DNA of 64,000 bases, from positions 1-64,000 of the forward strand of contig ADNK01003163.1 in the NCBI GenBank assembly GCA_000320545.1, read 5' to 3'. Made by a program: the position numbers and the translations under genes. The notes beneath the pieces were generated by a model. The model did not search any database, was not told the DNA's origin, and saw only the letters and a program-made list of their open reading frames with translations. This document shows positions 39,527 through 55,569 of this stretch, piece after piece. This stretch comes from Bigelowiella natans CCMP2755. Its lineage: Eukaryota; Protista; Cercozoa. The first letter of the stretch is position 1. Each line of letters begins with the position of its first letter.

Positions 39527-40428
39527 CATCCTTTGTCATCTACTATCTAATGTTGTGAGTAGTCAAGTCTTTTAACGTCATTTTCTATCATCATCATCAT
39601 CATCATCATAGGAAGGGTATTGGGATTCTGTTAAGATTAAAATATTCGGAAGCAAGGTCATCATCATCATCATCATCATCATCATCAGTTATTGTTGTTG
39701 TTGTATGCGTATTCTTTTCTATGAGATATTGTCTTGTTGCGGCTAGTGTTCTTGATTCGTTCTCGTTCTTTGTGGAGTACCCCCTTAGAGTCATCACTAC
39801 TTCAACTACTCTTCTCCTCTCTACTACACATGATCATCTATTCGTCGTTTTTGTTTTCGTTATTCGTCTCCCCGATGGCGGGATAATATGCTTTAGCAGC
39901 ACAGAGATTTGTTTGAGACAACGATTGATTGATTCATTGAATGATTGATTGATTGATTGATGTCATCACCTATCTTTGTGCTGCCTTATTATGCGATAAC
40001 CAACACTTACATGTGTTGCTCCCTCCTCCCTCCGTGCTACTACTATGCACACAGGAAGAGGAACGTCTGGCATTCGCATCCAAGAAGTTTCTGGAAGCAA
40101 AGGTTGTCGGAAAACATGAATCAACAACAACAACGATGACGAAGTCCTTCCTCATCGCCATCATCATCATTGTCATCATCATCATCACCACATCTTAAAA
40201 TAACTATTAACCACGGCACTGACTCATTTCACGAGTATTATTTGTCCAACTACACATATTCAGTCATCGATCGAGCATTTGAAGAAAAACAGATCGGCTT
40301 TGGAAGTCGTAGTTGCTCAATCAGCGCCAAAGTTCACTCGGTATGATGATGATGATCATGATGATGATGATGATGATGACTCTATGCTGCCATGCTAATG
40401 AAGTCGGTGAGTCTTTCCTCCTCATGCT

Positions 40429-40461
<33 letters not shown>

Positions 40462-40953
40462 GTCGTCATAACCATCTCATGTTGTACTACTACTACTTAA
40501 GTGGGATGCTGCTGCTCTGCTTTCATAGGCATTTTAGTCGTATTTCTTGAAACTACTCTATACTGATAACTGCCTTTTCTATTTGATCTTGTTGTTACTA
40601 CTACTACTACTACTACCACTACCACTACTACCAAATTATATTTTTTACCAGAGCTGATCGAGAATTTCTCTATGCGGCAATCAATCGTGTTGTTCTGTGC
40701 CGACGTAATACGTGAACTACTATTACTTAAAGCGATAGAACGACAACAACAACAACAATATCATCATCATCCAACTTTGCTGAAAAATGATGATAATAAT
40801 GGATATTGATGTAAAACGGATTGAGGAGGAGTCTATTTTTGCATTATGTACTTTAAAACGGTTGATATCATCATCATCTCATCATCATCATCGTCATCAT
40901 CGTCATCATCGTCAATGTGGTGGTACTACAACTGACCGAGTGACTGATATGCA

Positions 40954-40988
<35 letters not shown>

Positions 40989-41460
40989 TACTACTACTTC
41001 TACTCCTCAGGAACACTCGCTTGGTCATATGCTCTTTCACACTTTCTTCCAGGGGATACCCCCCCTGCACAGCTGTTAGACCGTCAGCAAGCCATTCTTG
41101 AGCGCTACACCGAGGTAGGTGCATGCATTCAATTCAATAGCTGCTTCTTGCTGTATTATTATGTCCGCAGCCCTCTATCGTTGGCTGTTGTCATCGACCG
41201 ACAGCTGTTGTTTATCCACAATAATAATAACATATGCCGATGTTGTTGTTGTTGTTGTCTGAGCCTCACTAAGTAAGCTAATCTCTACGAATCAATGGAT
41301 TGGTTAGGCTCTGCACGAGATAGTAGAAGCACCGCTCAAGGTGCTCAACTACCTGGCAGGGCCAACTGCAGGAAACTTCCACCGTTTTCAATCGAGAATC
41401 TTACAGGCAAAGCTAAAAGCTGCCGCGGCAGAAAAGGCCCTCGTCACTGCAGGTGATAAG
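33429..41460 (+). CDS. N-myristoylated PH-domain protein fused to an Ariadne-type RBR E3 ubiquitin ligase (multi-exon; may continue downstream)
   Basis: MGQTTS myristoylation motif; PH start (TLMLWRGSWKGGKWKTRTFQLNGAVLSF); ARI-type UBA-like segment (VAERLRLTIAEATASLRHFR|WNRNRLM); RING1 CPICFD...LSCGHK|FCGTCW; IBR CPAAGC...CACGFSFCQFCKKEAH; RING2 KPCPQ|CLRWIEKNQG|CNHMTC...CGHQFCW|LCLGNW; Ariadne domain FLYAAINRVVLCRR|TLAWSY...QQAILERYTE. Confidence 0.85.
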
Positions 41461-41584
41461 TAATTGGAGGGGAGGAGGAAAAAGAGCGGAAGAGAGAGGA
41501 AGAAGGGGGCTGGGGGGGAGGGGAAGAGAGAGAGATTGCTTTCAATGCCTACATTTTCCCTGTCTATAAACAAGTACAATCGAC

Positions 41585-41643
<59 letters not shown>

Positions 41644-42599
41644 AAAAGGTGTTGATTTCCACGAGAACGGACTCCTCCCATCTGGAAACAAGCCCATCTA
41701 CGGTCAAGACAATGCAGTTGTTACGGGAGAAGACGTCAAGACAACAACAACAATAGCAGCAGCAGAAGCAGAGAATAGGTGGCAGCTAAATTCCGCCTGG
41801 TGGACACCGATTGACCCTCATAACAGGGATGAGGGGGGGGCGGGATATGAAGGAGTAAGAATCACTAAAGAAGCATTATCAGCTAAATTGTACGATCTTT
41901 TGTAAAATATAATAATGCCTACTCCTCCTCCTCCTCCTCTTTTGTTGTGACTATCTTCCTGCTGCCTGTTACTTGCTCATTTCATTATTCTTCATGACTA
42001 CTATACACGCGCACGCATGACACACACACTCTCAGAGAGAGAGAGAGAGAGTCCTTGACATATGGTCGGGGGGGCTGAGCAAAAAGGAGTTTTGTGGAAG
42101 AAGAGGACTACGATGAAGAACCCCTCCCCTCCATTTTCCCCGGCATGTTGGGTAAACGCTCAAAAGTTGACCCAGGGGGGGGGGGGGGGGGGGGGGAGAG
42201 AGGATGTGGCTAATTAAGAGCAGCTGATATCGAGGTGATGATGATGATTTGTATTTCTATTTTCAGTTGTAAGTTACAACAACGATGGTGTTGAAGGCTA
42301 TGGTTATGAGGGGAAGCTTAAGCAGCATCATAGTGGCAAGGAGGAGAAGGACGTAAAAGAAGAAGAAGAAGGAAGAGGAGGAGGAGGAGGTAGTAAAAAA
42401 TGATGAGAGAAAATGTGAGTAGTAGGCGGTGGTGGTAGGGAGGGGAATCTTGTTCTCTTATTGCATTATTCAATGATGATACATATTGAAGAACTACATC
42501 CACGTAGATTGAATACATACAACTACCAAAGATCACCCGTCTCCTAACTAATGGTTATTAATATTAATGATATTATTTTTTTTAATTTGTTGTTGTTCA

Positions 42600-42637
<38 letters not shown>

Positions 42638-42656
42638 ATGGAAATACAAATTAATC

Positions 42657-42783
42657 AGAACTTCTAGCACCGTTCCCAACAGCCCTCCCCTCCCTCAAGC
42701 GGCAGCCTTCAGCTATGTGGGCTTGTGTTCTCTGTGCACATCTTAATCCACTCTCGGTGTCAGAATGTGAAAGGTGATCGTCA

Positions 42784-42815
<32 letters not shown>

Positions 42816-43544
42816 ATCGTAGTTGTAGTGGTATTGCTGAGTTGTATCATCATTATTCTAAAGACAAAAATATATGATGTAAAGTTGTGTCCTTAAATAT
42901 GATGACAATAGTATTGATGATGATGATGATTATATCGTGTATACTAGACCAAGATATTATTCCATTTGTGATTATTCCTACTATTATCATCATCATCATC
43001 ATCATCATCATTATCATCATTATCATCATCAATTCCATTGTCTCATCACCGTAAAGCTAACTTCCTTTATACACATCGACTCTAATCTATCAAATAATAG
43101 ATGCAAATGTGCTAAGAACGATTTCACTTTGAGGGACTTTCAATGTGTGAACATGCACACCAAGTGCCGGATGATGATCGATAGGCTCGAGAAGTAGTGA
43201 TTGATGATAATGATGATGATGATGATGACGACGACGACTATGTAATTGGTGATAGCGATGGTGAGGTTGGGGATGTAAACAAGAATAGCAGGAAATATTG
43301 AGAGGCTTCTACTTCTGAAATTGTGTAGTAGAAACGCAATAATTAACAACTACCTACTGCTGAAATTGTGTAGTAGAAACGCAATAATTAACAACTAGCT
43401 ACTCCTGCTGCCACTTCTACCACCAGGTACGACCGTGAGGCAGAAATTTACCGAACAATTGTTGATAAAGGCAGAGCGCAACGCACCCCCATGATTCTTC
43501 TGCACTCGGAATCCTCTCCACCAAAGATAATCGCGTATGTTGTG

Positions 43545-43575
<31 letters not shown>

Positions 43576-44019
43576 TGATATACATTAGGACTAGAATGAC
43601 GAGAGATTGAGTATGTACAGCACTGTCTTACACAAACACACGCACACATATTTATATATTGTATTACTGCATATGTATTTTGTTACTATTATCGTCGTCA
43701 TCATCAATCATCATCATCAATAACAACAACATAATCAAAAACAACAAAAAAAAAAATTCATTTGAATATATAATTGAATTCTTCCAAGCAGTTGTTTCTT
43801 CATCCACAACTACTACTACTACTACAACTACTACTACTACAGTTATCAAGAGGTACTAAACGAGGAAAGAGAATTGGAAGAAAATAAGATTTCTTCGCAG
43901 CAGTACTCCTTCCTTGGGGGTAGAAGGTCTATCAATAATACCACCTATCTCATTTTCCAATATTAATCGCGTCGATCAACATAATACTTGCTATGATTCT
44001 TACCATCCGAGCCCATCAT

Positions 44020-44059
<40 letters not shown>

Positions 44060-44178
44060 CCTGATATCAGTAAGAAGAAGAAGCAAACGATGCCGCAATT
44101 CGAAAAATTGGGCGAGTGGACACAAACGCACCCTACTGTTGGAAAGTACATCAGAGGACCTGCAGGTGATGATTGATA

Positions 44179-44209
<31 letters not shown>

Positions 44210-45117
44210 CGATTCCATAGTCGTCTTTACAATAATATGATAGGAGCACAAGATGATATGTACCAAGCGTTTTACCTACACATCAGAGCCTCTCTTTCTC
44301 CCCCTCTTCCTTTATACATTAATAGCGATTGTATATCTTCCTCATACTCCTCCTTTATTCACTCATGTAGGCATTGAATATGACGCATTATACGATCGAC
44401 TGCTGATTGTGATGTCGGGCTTGAATAGAGTGCTTGTCGTATCCCTTCAAACGGGAGAAATCATTGATATGCTTGGCTTTAAAGGTGGATTAGTTATTGC
44501 TGAGGAGGAGGAGTTTGCCATATTTGTTACGACGAAAAGACGACAATATCGAAAACATCATATATTGGGAAAAGTGGGAGATCTTACTGTTCCCTCTGCA
44601 ATCTTCCTCTTTTATTTTGCTGGATTATTATTATTATTATTGTTATTATTGTTATTATTATTGTTATTATTAGTGTTATTGCCGAGTAGACACTCACAGC
44701 AGCAGCAGCTGTGCATGAGGAGGAAGGAAAAATTTTTCAAAGATTTATTCACATATATCAGCATAGCAGCAGCTCAAATTGAGACAATCGGAACAAGTGC
44801 TTCTTACTATGTGTGCGCGTGCGTGTTTCTACATTTGCACAATAACATTCAGAGGAGAAAAAAGGGGACAATAAGGTATGGAAACGTAGGGCTGATGGGA
44901 AGGGAAACCTACGGACTCCGTACTACTGCTGTGCCTTCGAGAATCGAATGTACTACTACTACTACTACTACTACAGTGTATGCTTTTGATATACTAGTAA
45001 TAATACGTACTACTGCTGTGCCTTCGAGAATCGAATGTAGTAGTATATCAAAAGCATACACTACTACTACTACTAGTAGTAGTAGTAATAATACATAGTG
45101 ACATCAATATCACACCG

Positions 45118-45171
<54 letters not shown>

Positions 45172-45426
45172 TCACGTGTTAATGCATGTTCGTATATATG
45201 AAAAACAATTTTTCATTTGGACGCAGCTGTCACTACCACAACAACAACACTTGGTCCCCCCCCCCACACAACTACTACGACTATTAGTAATATTACTAAT
45301 ACTGGTGCTTATTTACTAGTAGTAGTATCTATCAAACACAGCTAGAATATAACCCTCCTCTAAGTCATTTTTCCTTCCTTTCAACCTTCACCCTTCTTCT
45401 TCTTCTTCCCTTCCTCCTCCCTTGCT

Positions 45427-45462
<36 letters not shown>

Positions 45463-46406
45463 TTCTCTTTTCCTCTTCACCATCATGCTTTTTATCATCA
45501 AATCAAGATACGTGACATCGTACATTGACAATCGCGTTGTGGTGTACAACCGCAATACGCTTGAATTTATGAGAAATTCTCCTAATGTGACGCACCCTAT
45601 GGGAATTTGCGCCGACAATGCTCATATCTACGTGGCGGCGGCTGGAGAGAATCGTGTTGTTGTCTTTGACCGACACACCCTCTGCAAAGTCAAGACTCTT
45701 GGCTCAGGAGCAGGTTGTTGTTATGCATTATCATTATGTCTTTACTACCATTTTTATGTTGTTGTCATCATCATTATCATCATCATCATCATCATCATCA
45801 TCGTGTTGTCGGAATACCGTCATATGTTACTTGTTTGATTGATATCTTGGTTCGGTGTTGCTGTGTGCGTGCAGGGGCAAGAAACAACAACCTACAACTA
45901 CCATACGACATTGCGTGTGACGAACGTAACTTGTACATATGCGACCGCAACAACAATCGTTTGATAATCTGGGACAAAAACGATGGGAAGTATGTCCGAC
46001 AGTGGCGCTATGTGCCTAACCAAGGATCAGCGTCGATGTGTGTATTTTCTACTGCTAATACCCGTCTAAATGCCATCATTACATGCCTGTATATACTAGT
46101 AGTAGTAGTAGTAGTAGCAGCAGCAGCAGCAGGAGCATCGTTATCATCATCATTATTTTTGTTACTTTTATTATAATGATTACCACAATAATATTATCAG
46201 GCGCAGTGTGTGCGGCGTAGCGTTGTGCGGTGGTAACGTTTTCGTTCAGGAGTACACCGGAAAAGGCACTTTTATGTTCTCAGAGTCCTCCCCCATAGGA
46301 GAGATCCTACCTGCACGCCAAACGTGTTTGGGCATCACAGTGTTTCGCAAGAGACTCCGCAGCAATATCTTTGCTGCCGCTACGGTAGTAGTAGTATTAT
46401 GCGCGC

Positions 46407-46477
<71 letters not shown>

Positions 46478-46569
46478 AAGAAAGGTACCGCCGTGTTCTA
46501 TCATCGTCTCTTGAGCTTGGTCTTTATCATTACCATCACTTAGATCCTGAACACTTTTGTATATCTACA

Positions 46570-46615
<46 letters not shown>

Positions 46616-47642
46616 CTGTGGTTGGTACTGCTACTTGCTAATGGTGTGTGCTGCCTGTTGATAACAACCCTACTAATCAATTTATCTTCTTTTTCTCATT
46701 TTGTTCTTCCTCCTCCCCCCCCTCCTCCTCTCCTCCTCTCCTCAACCAACAATATAAGGCCGAGGTATCACTTTCTCGTGAGCAAGGTGCTCCTGTACTG
46801 CCCAAAAAGGGATTTACGTGGATAGCCGACAACACCGTGCGAGTATGGTGGGATACAGGTGGCTGCTTGCTTGCTTGTTGTTGTTGTGAATCATGTGACT
46901 AAGTAACGTGACGTGACGTAAGGAGAGAAGTATGTGGTGGGATGGTACTACTCACTACAGCTTGTAAGTAACTAAGTAATACAAGACAGAAAGTAGTTAG
47001 CCCCCCGGTAGTTCTTTGGCTGCTTCTCATCTTTCTCTTTGTTAATGACTCAATCCATGAATATCATCATATGTTTACATGATACTCAGGGTCACAGCAC
47101 CTCGACGTGCAATCTGTGTCTCTATCTCTGCTGCCTAAACGCTCTACGGCTTTCACGGCACACGCCATCCGCAACAATGTCAAGGAAATGGTCATTGCAG
47201 AAAGGATTCCCAATACGGTAGGCTTTTGTCTCATTAGACGTTGTTGATTATATTGGATGATTGTGATGATGATTATCATGTTTATGCGAGAATGAAGTTG
47301 GGGTGGGGGATGGAAAATAGGCTGAAAATGCTAAATTGCATCTCATCTAGCTAGCTGCATGTTTATTGTACGCAAAGGTCGTCGGATGGTCTATCTTATC
47401 ATTTCGGACTGATTCACCTTCATTCTCCCCCTCTTTCTCTTTCTCCTCCCTTTCTTTTGTGTACTACTACCACTGTGTGCGACTGTTGTAGGGTAGCATA
47501 TTCTGGCGTCTCCCAAAGGATAAGGATTTCTCCAAGCTTTTCATCTGTAACAATGAGAACCAGACTACGCTAGGAGAATTTCAAATCGCCGTAAAGTCAG
47601 TTATTACCAAAATAATGCAACGAAAACATTCAATCGAGACGT

Positions 47643-47677
<35 letters not shown>

Positions 47678-48196
47678 TTGCTACATAGAACTCATTGATT
47701 GTGTCAAGCACAGTGCTGCTGCTGAGAATACTCATATTGATAATTATGATTATTGAAAGGTACCACGCCAATGACCCTAAGGAACAGAAACTAATTAAAA
47801 TTTTGACCAGCCTCTACATGGTAAAATCATCGGCAAATCTTGCCCAAATACTTGCCGCATTGATCAAGCTTGAGTTGACAGAAGCGCAGGCTGCTACGCG
47901 TGTTGCCCCTGCCCTTTTCGCTTTGCGGACGAAATCTCCTTCGATCTTTGCAGATAATGATGCCGTGAAGAAGCTGCTTTTGCGGTTTCTAAAGCCGTAT
48001 AAGAAGAAGTTTTATGATCATGAACGTGAAATGCAAAGGCGGTTACAGAAGAAGGGAAATGGATTTGGCACTGGTGTTGACGAAGAGGCTCCCAACAAAG
48101 TAAAGAAGTGATGATCATTGTGGAAGTAGTAGTAGTAGTAGCAGTAGTGGTCGTAGCTGTAGTAGCAGATATAGTATTGTGTTTGGTTGATGTTTC

Positions 48197-48233
<37 letters not shown>

Positions 48234-50460
48234 AACCCCTCCTTACTACGATTGTGTGAGTAGTAAGTTGTAGTCGGCAATTATAATTAATGCTACAAGC
48301 CACTACTACTCCATCATCCACAATACGTCGTCATTGACATACTCGACTGACTTATTGCTACTTATTCTCTCTTCCTTCCGTGCATCGTCTTCCTCACTAT
48401 TCGTATCATCATCATCATCATCATCATTGTTGTTGTTGTTGTTGTTGTTGTTGTCGTCGTCGTTTCTCATCGTCAGAGCATCATGCGCTGCATTATGACA
48501 TCGCCATCACTCGTTGAACTGAAGGGTGTCCAACCAGCCAAGGAGGTACTGCTACTGCTACTACTACTACTACTACTACTACAAGTAGATGTGCAATGAA
48601 GTACGATGTCAAAGTGTATTGTATAGAAGTAATAACATATGCATATGAATCATAACCTCCTCCTTTTCACAAACGCTTTCTTCTCCTTCCTCCTCCTCCT
48701 CCTCCTCCTCCTACTACTACTACTACTACTACTACTACTAACAGATTCTTGATGCAACAGTCTTTAGCTGTGATGGCATTTGTATTCAGGTGCTTGTACT
48801 CAACAATAACAATCGATCGAATCAATCTTATCTACACTAACACGCTATTGGATCTCACCTTGTTACATAACGCCTCCCTTCCCTCTATCTTGTCGCCGAA
48901 TATATAATTCAGCTACAACAGCATCAAATACAGTAGTAGAAACTATATTATTATGGTTCTAACATATTGTTCTCCTCGTCAGACCGGAGCCTCTCTCTCT
49001 CTCTCTCTCTCTCTCTCCCCCCCTCTCACTCTCACTCACTCTCTTATTAGGCATCTCGTCATTCTCGGAACGTGCTATATCGATCCCAAGACACGATATT
49101 CTCTGTAATGCGCCACAGGAGAAGGATGAAGAGGACAGCTCGAGGAGAACACCTTAAAGATTCTGCCATTAAGGCTGTTGACTTGACTCTGAAGATGCCG
49201 AAGATGATGCGTGTTTCTTCAGTCGAGATCGGCCTACCGGATTGGGATGATGCGAGTAGGGTCTACTCTTCCTCTTCTTCTTCTTCTTCTTCTTCTTCTT
49301 CTTCTCCTCCTCCTCCTCCTCCTCCTTCCCCTCCTCCTCTTCTAATCGTGGTTTTATTCTCATCTTGTATCAATAATACACAACTATAAGGTACTACTCC
49401 GGTGGGTGCCTTGGCCGTGTTTGTTAGCGTACACCCTCCACCTCCAAATGCTTTCAAGGAATGGGATAATTACAATGCTGCACAGGGCGAGAGGGACTTT
49501 AATACCTATGCCAAGAAGATGCGCCAACGCGGTCGTCTAAATGTTATGGGGACAAAGTTCTCATATGATGGGCTGTGCTCGAAGTTCAAGGACCGCTATA
49601 GCAGCCTAATGATGGCAGCAGCAGCAGCAGAGGCAAAAGAAGGAAAAGGAGCGCAAATAGAAATACAAAACAGAATTAATGCAAAATGGTAATTGGTGTT
49701 GCCATAACATATCACTCTCCAGTATTTTTCCTCTGTGGTGAAGAAGGGGGAGGAGTGGTAGAGCGTATCAATGCATAGTACGAAGAGCTTACTTAGTAGT
49801 CCCCCCCCCCCCCCTCCTCCTCCCCCTCCTCCTCTTTCTGCCCTTCCGCTTTTCCTTTTTCTGTATTCGTAATAATTTCTTCTCCCCATCATCAATGCAG
49901 CTACAAGATTATAAAAAGATGCCTCTCTACCTCATTTAGAAGCCCACAAAGCTTCTTCATAGTGGTAAAAAGGAAATGATAATGAATAATTATAATGATA
50001 CTTAACAAAGATAATAATGCTATCTGATGACCATTCTTACTACTATAATGCTTTTCCTTATCTTCTTGCTACTGCTTGTGCTACTGTTGCTGCTACTACT
50101 ACCACTACTCTGCTACTACTCTCATTACGACGCCGATAACGCTACACCTACTGAATCTTTGGAAACACAACACACACAACAATAACGACAACACAACAAC
50201 ACCATAAAAGACAGGGAGGACTATAGTGCTACATCGTTACGCTTTTCGAGCTTATCACCCCTTCATTTCTCCCCCTCCCTCCTCCCCTCCCTCCTCCCTA
50301 CCTACCTTACGTTGTGGTTCCCCCCCCCCCCCCCTCCGATTGTACTACTACTAATAGGCATTAGCGAACAAGCCAGGAGTCCACATATACAATGTTGGTC
50401 AAATCGCGAGTGGCACTAATGCTGCAAATGCTCAGCCGAAGAAGGTGAAGAAGTCGCCAC

Positions 50461-50494
<34 letters not shown>

Positions 50495-53400
50495 ATAGTA
50501 GTAGCAGTAAAAGAAGAAGAAGAAGAAAAAGAGGGAGAAAGTGCGATGTAAGAAGTAGATGCACGACCTGTTCCATGTACCTTTATACTTTGCTTTCTTT
50601 TATCTTTGGTGGTGGCGACGGAGAACGTTATTTGTGTGTTTTGAGTACATCTATTGTCATCATCATCGTCATCATCATTCTATAATCTAGATTATGAACA
50701 GTGTTTCGAGTAATGGCAGTCTAAATATCTGAGCAACGCTTTCCCTTATTTCCTTTCTCTCTTTCTTGCTCTAATTTATATTAAATGTTGTTCTTATGTT
50801 TTCTTCTTTTTTCTCCTCTCTTCAGTTGTTGCACCTCAACGAGATGCGTGTGAGAGGTATTGCCGTGCAGTCCAAAAGACGTTTGGTCTATGTCATTGCG
50901 GAGAAGAGATTGAAGGTTTATAAGCTACCAGCCAGAGGGGAGGAGGAGGCTGAGATCCTTAACTCTATTCCAATCGGACATCATGTGAAAGCAGGAGGAA
51001 AACGCTTTTGTAAGCTTGCCGTCAGTTATCAATACGTCTTTATGGCTCATCCCGGTGAGAGAAAGAGAAAGAGGGTCGTGTGTTTAGAGGACTTGTTCGA
51101 TTGATAGAGTGATCCTTGACTGATGGAATAAGTGAGAGGAAGGACGAGAAGAAGAAGAAGAAGAAGAAGAAGAAGAAGAAGAAGAAGAAAGTAGACGAAA
51201 CACACAGCAGCACTAGCTTCATCTAACGCCTCATTCCTAGATCAAATATGGTGGTAGTTGTTGTTGTTGTTGTTATTGCCTACTTTTTCTTTTATTGCCT
51301 GAATTATATTTGATTTCTCTTCTTATTGTAATTTTCCTTTTTGTTCTTCTTCTTGTTCGTGAATGCAGGTGGTGTTTGGGTTCTGAGCCCTCTGCTTGAG
51401 AAGGTGTATTCGAAAATAAAGCTACCAACTTCTCCACGAGGAATCACAACGGACGGGCAATACCTCTACATCTGCCTCAAAAATACAATCCACCTCCACG
51501 ATGCTACTATGATAAAAAAGGAGGAGTCCTTTGCCAAAATTGGCACTATTGATGTATCTAACCTAATGCATATCGCTGTGTCGCCAGCATCATCATCAGA
51601 AGGGAAAAGTAATTCTAATTTTCTTTACGTTGTCGCAAAGTACAAGTCGTCCGCTATTTTCACCCGATTCCACATCAAAGTCCTTCGTGAGAATAATACG
51701 ACGACAACACAGCAGAAGAAGGAGATCTCCATCAGCAAGAGAACTCAGCTGTCTGTTGCTGCAGGGGCTATTATTAATCCTGACAAGATAACTGGCCTCT
51801 ATGTTATTCGGCAAGAAGATGATAGTGATGACAACGAAAACGACTCGGAAGATACGGTGGGTGATGAAGGCTGGAGACATACTGATGCTCTTGTGGTACA
51901 AACAGGCACTACTTTCAGTGTTTTTAACAAGTGCTGTGGTTGCAGTAGCACCACGAAGAAAAAGGAGGAGAATGAGAAGAAGAGAGGAATTCTCGAGTAT
52001 AAACTAAATCAGCTCGTAGAACCTCCTTATTCAAACAGCAATCACATCCTGAAAAAATCAGCCGCAAAGACAAAAAAGAACATTAAATGTGGCTTCATGT
52101 ACTGGGTAATACTACTAAATACTGCATATGTAGAAAATACAATTACAAGTAGAAGATAGATGATGAACACACGCACTATACTCCCATCTTACTCTGAGAA
52201 ACAAACGATGAACACACGCACTATACTCTCATCTTACTCTCATGTTGTTAAATACACAAAATAGCACCCACATTATAAGAAGCATTCTTGTCGTCGTCGT
52301 CATCGTCGTTTTCAGCATTCCTACAAGCACCACAAAAAGTCATCTCGTTCTTCCTATCATCAACACCACTGATCATCATCGTCGTTGTACTGCTGCTGCT
52401 ACTGCTGCAACTACTACTACTTAATACTGATCCAAAGGGTCCAAGTATTTACCCAGGTAACAGGAAGGAGAAACCGGAGAATCACGAGGATATTGCCTTT
52501 GAGAATGCTATTGGGGATATTCTAGGCAGTGACGGAGGGGGAGGGGGAGGAGAAAGAACAAGCAGGGCTCGTATGATCAACAATCACATGTTCATAGCTG
52601 AGATGGGGAGGAATAGACTCCAAGTACGTGATATGGGGAGTACAAACAATTCTGCAATCGCACAGTTAAACAGGGTGACCTTTGCCCCCTCTGTACCCAT
52701 ACAAGCCATTCCAAATAGGACACTAAATATGGTAATAGGAGGGACGACAAGCAAAGAACAACAACAACAACAACAACAACAATAAGACATCACCTATTAA
52801 TAATATTAATAATCACAACAATTGTAATAATTGTAACAATAATGATGAGAAAGATAATGACTTTTTGGAGAGGAAGAAGGAGAACGGTGTTGGTGAATAT
52901 AGTGTTTACGATGATTGCTGTGCATGAAAAGGAAGGGAGGGATAGGGAAGCTTTTTTGAAGATTTGAGAGCATTAACAACACCATAGGAGGAGGGGGAGG
53001 AGGAAGAGGAGGTGGAGGGTGAGGAGGAGGAGGGGGAGGAGGAAGGGAATGGTTGGTGGCGATAATAGCATCATTATTCAATTAGATGCACATATCAAAA
53101 TACTACATCGTCATCATCATCATCATCATCATCATTATCATCATCCATCAGTCTAGCATCACTTCAGTCGAAGCCGATGATCAATTCGTTTACATCAACG
53201 AGTCAGTCAGTATCATTATTAATAATAATACACTAACAAACACATGATGCTTGAGTAGTTGTAGTAGTAGTAGTGCCACTGCTGCTGCTGCTGCTGTCAT
53301 TGATAATATTCGGTGATGATGCTGGTCTGATGGATGATGATGATAATGATGCTGATGTCAACATTCAACCTTTATTCTCAAAATTTCGGCCGATCTTCTT

Positions 53401-55245
53401 TCTCATTCTCTTCATCATGATCATTGCCTTTTGATGAGATTATATGCCTATGATAGATGTTCCAAATTTAATAATGATTATAATCCTTCTTCTTCCTCCT
53501 TCAAATACTATTATTTCAGCTACAGAAACCATTGCATTCTTATCGTAAATCGAGACGATTTTGGTGGAAGTGTAGCACGCCGCGTGAACACAGCCCCGAT
53601 GAATGTTGTCCATATCTTGGGCATACGCGGTCGACTTCAGGTGGTGTGCGTTAATGCATGTGTGTTCTTGTAGTAATAATAATAATAATAATGATACCCT
53701 TACTACTACTGTTATCATTCTGTGCACTGCTATTATAACAGGGTCGGAATACGAATAACGGGTTCAGCAGCCCATGCCTAATCCACCTAGACGAGCATTA
53801 CATCTATGTATCTGACTACGGCAACTGTCGCTTGCAGGTAGTGATGAAGAGGAGGAAGAGGAAGAAAACAACAGAAAATAGGAGGAGGGAGATAATGACG
53901 ATGATGGTGATGATGATATCATTCTTTTCAGATATTTAACCGAGAAACACGGGAGTACGTCGCGACTATAGACCATAGAAGGTTCTACAGCTTCGGATGT
54001 TGCACTGATGATAATCATGTTTATATTGCCATACAATCTGCTCCGCAACAAGTGCGTGTGTTTACCAAAAACACCTGGGCGGCTGAAAGAACCATCCATG
54101 TCGCTCCTTGCACACCCTATGGTAGTTGTAGTAGTAGTAGTAGTATCACATATGCTCTTATGATAAAACTTATTATGATTAACTAACCATGAAAACAACA
54201 ACGACGACGACGACGACGATGTGACCTTCTTATTATTATTGTTGTTCTTCTTCTTCTTCTTCTTCTTCTTTGTACTACAATGTCCTCTTACATGATGATG
54301 ATGATGATGATTAAAAACAAAAGGTATCGCTGTTGATGAGCAGTACATATATCTTTCTGGGTACAACCGAAACGATTTGGTGATCCATGACAAGTATTCC
54401 GGTCGGATGGTAAGGACAATAGGTGGAACTGGTCTGCCTGGATGGAACCGCCCATTTAATATCAAATTATACGAAAATACGCTTTACGTCTCGATGGGAG
54501 GTAGTTCATTCATCACCTCACGCTACTACTTTTAGAACCAATAATCAATTAATGAATCAAAATAGAAATTAGAGAAGAAGAAGAAGAAGACAACACATAT
54601 TCCTTCTAGTTTGTTCACGTCATGTAGCTTTCCCTCCTCACTTTTGTTGTAGTAGTTGTAGTAGTAGTAGTAGTAGTAGTAGTAGTAATAGCAGTAGCAA
54701 TAGCAATTTTAGTAGGTGATCACCACGTGGTATGTATTGTTGGTACTGCTCCGTTGTTGAATAGTAATGTGTCGTAGTATGGCTCATTTTTATCGTTGTT
54801 GATATGTGTGTTCATTTCTTCTCATCTTCTAGGTGGTGGCATTGTCAAGTGCATAAATATTGCATCCGGTGTAGAAAGAGACATCACTGGTGTGAGCTCT
54901 CCGCGTGGAATTGCTTTTGCTCGTAATTTCTCGGATACGGCTGGTACTGAACGACGACGACTGAAGGCAACCGATATATCCCATTTCCGTGTCCGTGATG
55001 AAGCTAATCCAGTAGCCTTCGTTGACCTCTCTAAATACTCCCTTCAAGAGTATCCTCTCATTAGCGGAAAGAGCAGTACGAAATCATCGTCAACGTCGTC
55101 TTTTCCCTCTGATTCTACTACAGTGAGAGTTCCAGTTCCCCCCTATTTTGCCGCATGTGGGCGATATGTGACCTTCAAGCTTCTTCGGCCAAAGTCCATT
55201 ACTGAACGTGCTGATGAACTACGAGTAAGCTTGAGAGAAACAATG
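42657..55245 (+). CDS. RanBP2-type Zn finger plus multiple NHL-repeat beta-propeller segments (multi-exon; probably the same gene as the RBR region)
   Basis: WACVLCAHLNPLSVSECER|CK; NHL units THPMGICADNAHIYVAAAGENRVVVFD, LQLPYDIACDERNLYICDRNNNRLIIWD, SPRGITTDGQYLYIC, MFIAEMGRNRLQV, FSSPCLIHLDEHYIYVSDYGNCRLQ, GIAVDEQYIYLSGYNRNDLVIHD, WNRPFNIKLYENTLYVS. Confidence 0.8.
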
Positions 55246-55569
55246 GCAATGGTAAGTATTATAAGAGGGAAAGAACCCATCATCATCATCATGTGCGTAT
55301 GATACTAGTACTACTAGTAGTAGTAGTAGTAGTTGTTGTTGTAGTATACGGAACAAAATTAATAGAACAAGTGGCTGAAAACACATACAACAGCTTTGTT
55401 GGCTGAGGTATTTTAGCGTATGCAGTGCAAGTTAGTTGTTTGTCAGAACATAATGGTTGCCAATCGTGTTGCGCATTGTATGATGATAACAACACACTAA
55501 ATCCCAATCGTGTTCTTGATATATTCACATTGTATAATGATAACAACACACTAAATTCATTTTCCCCCT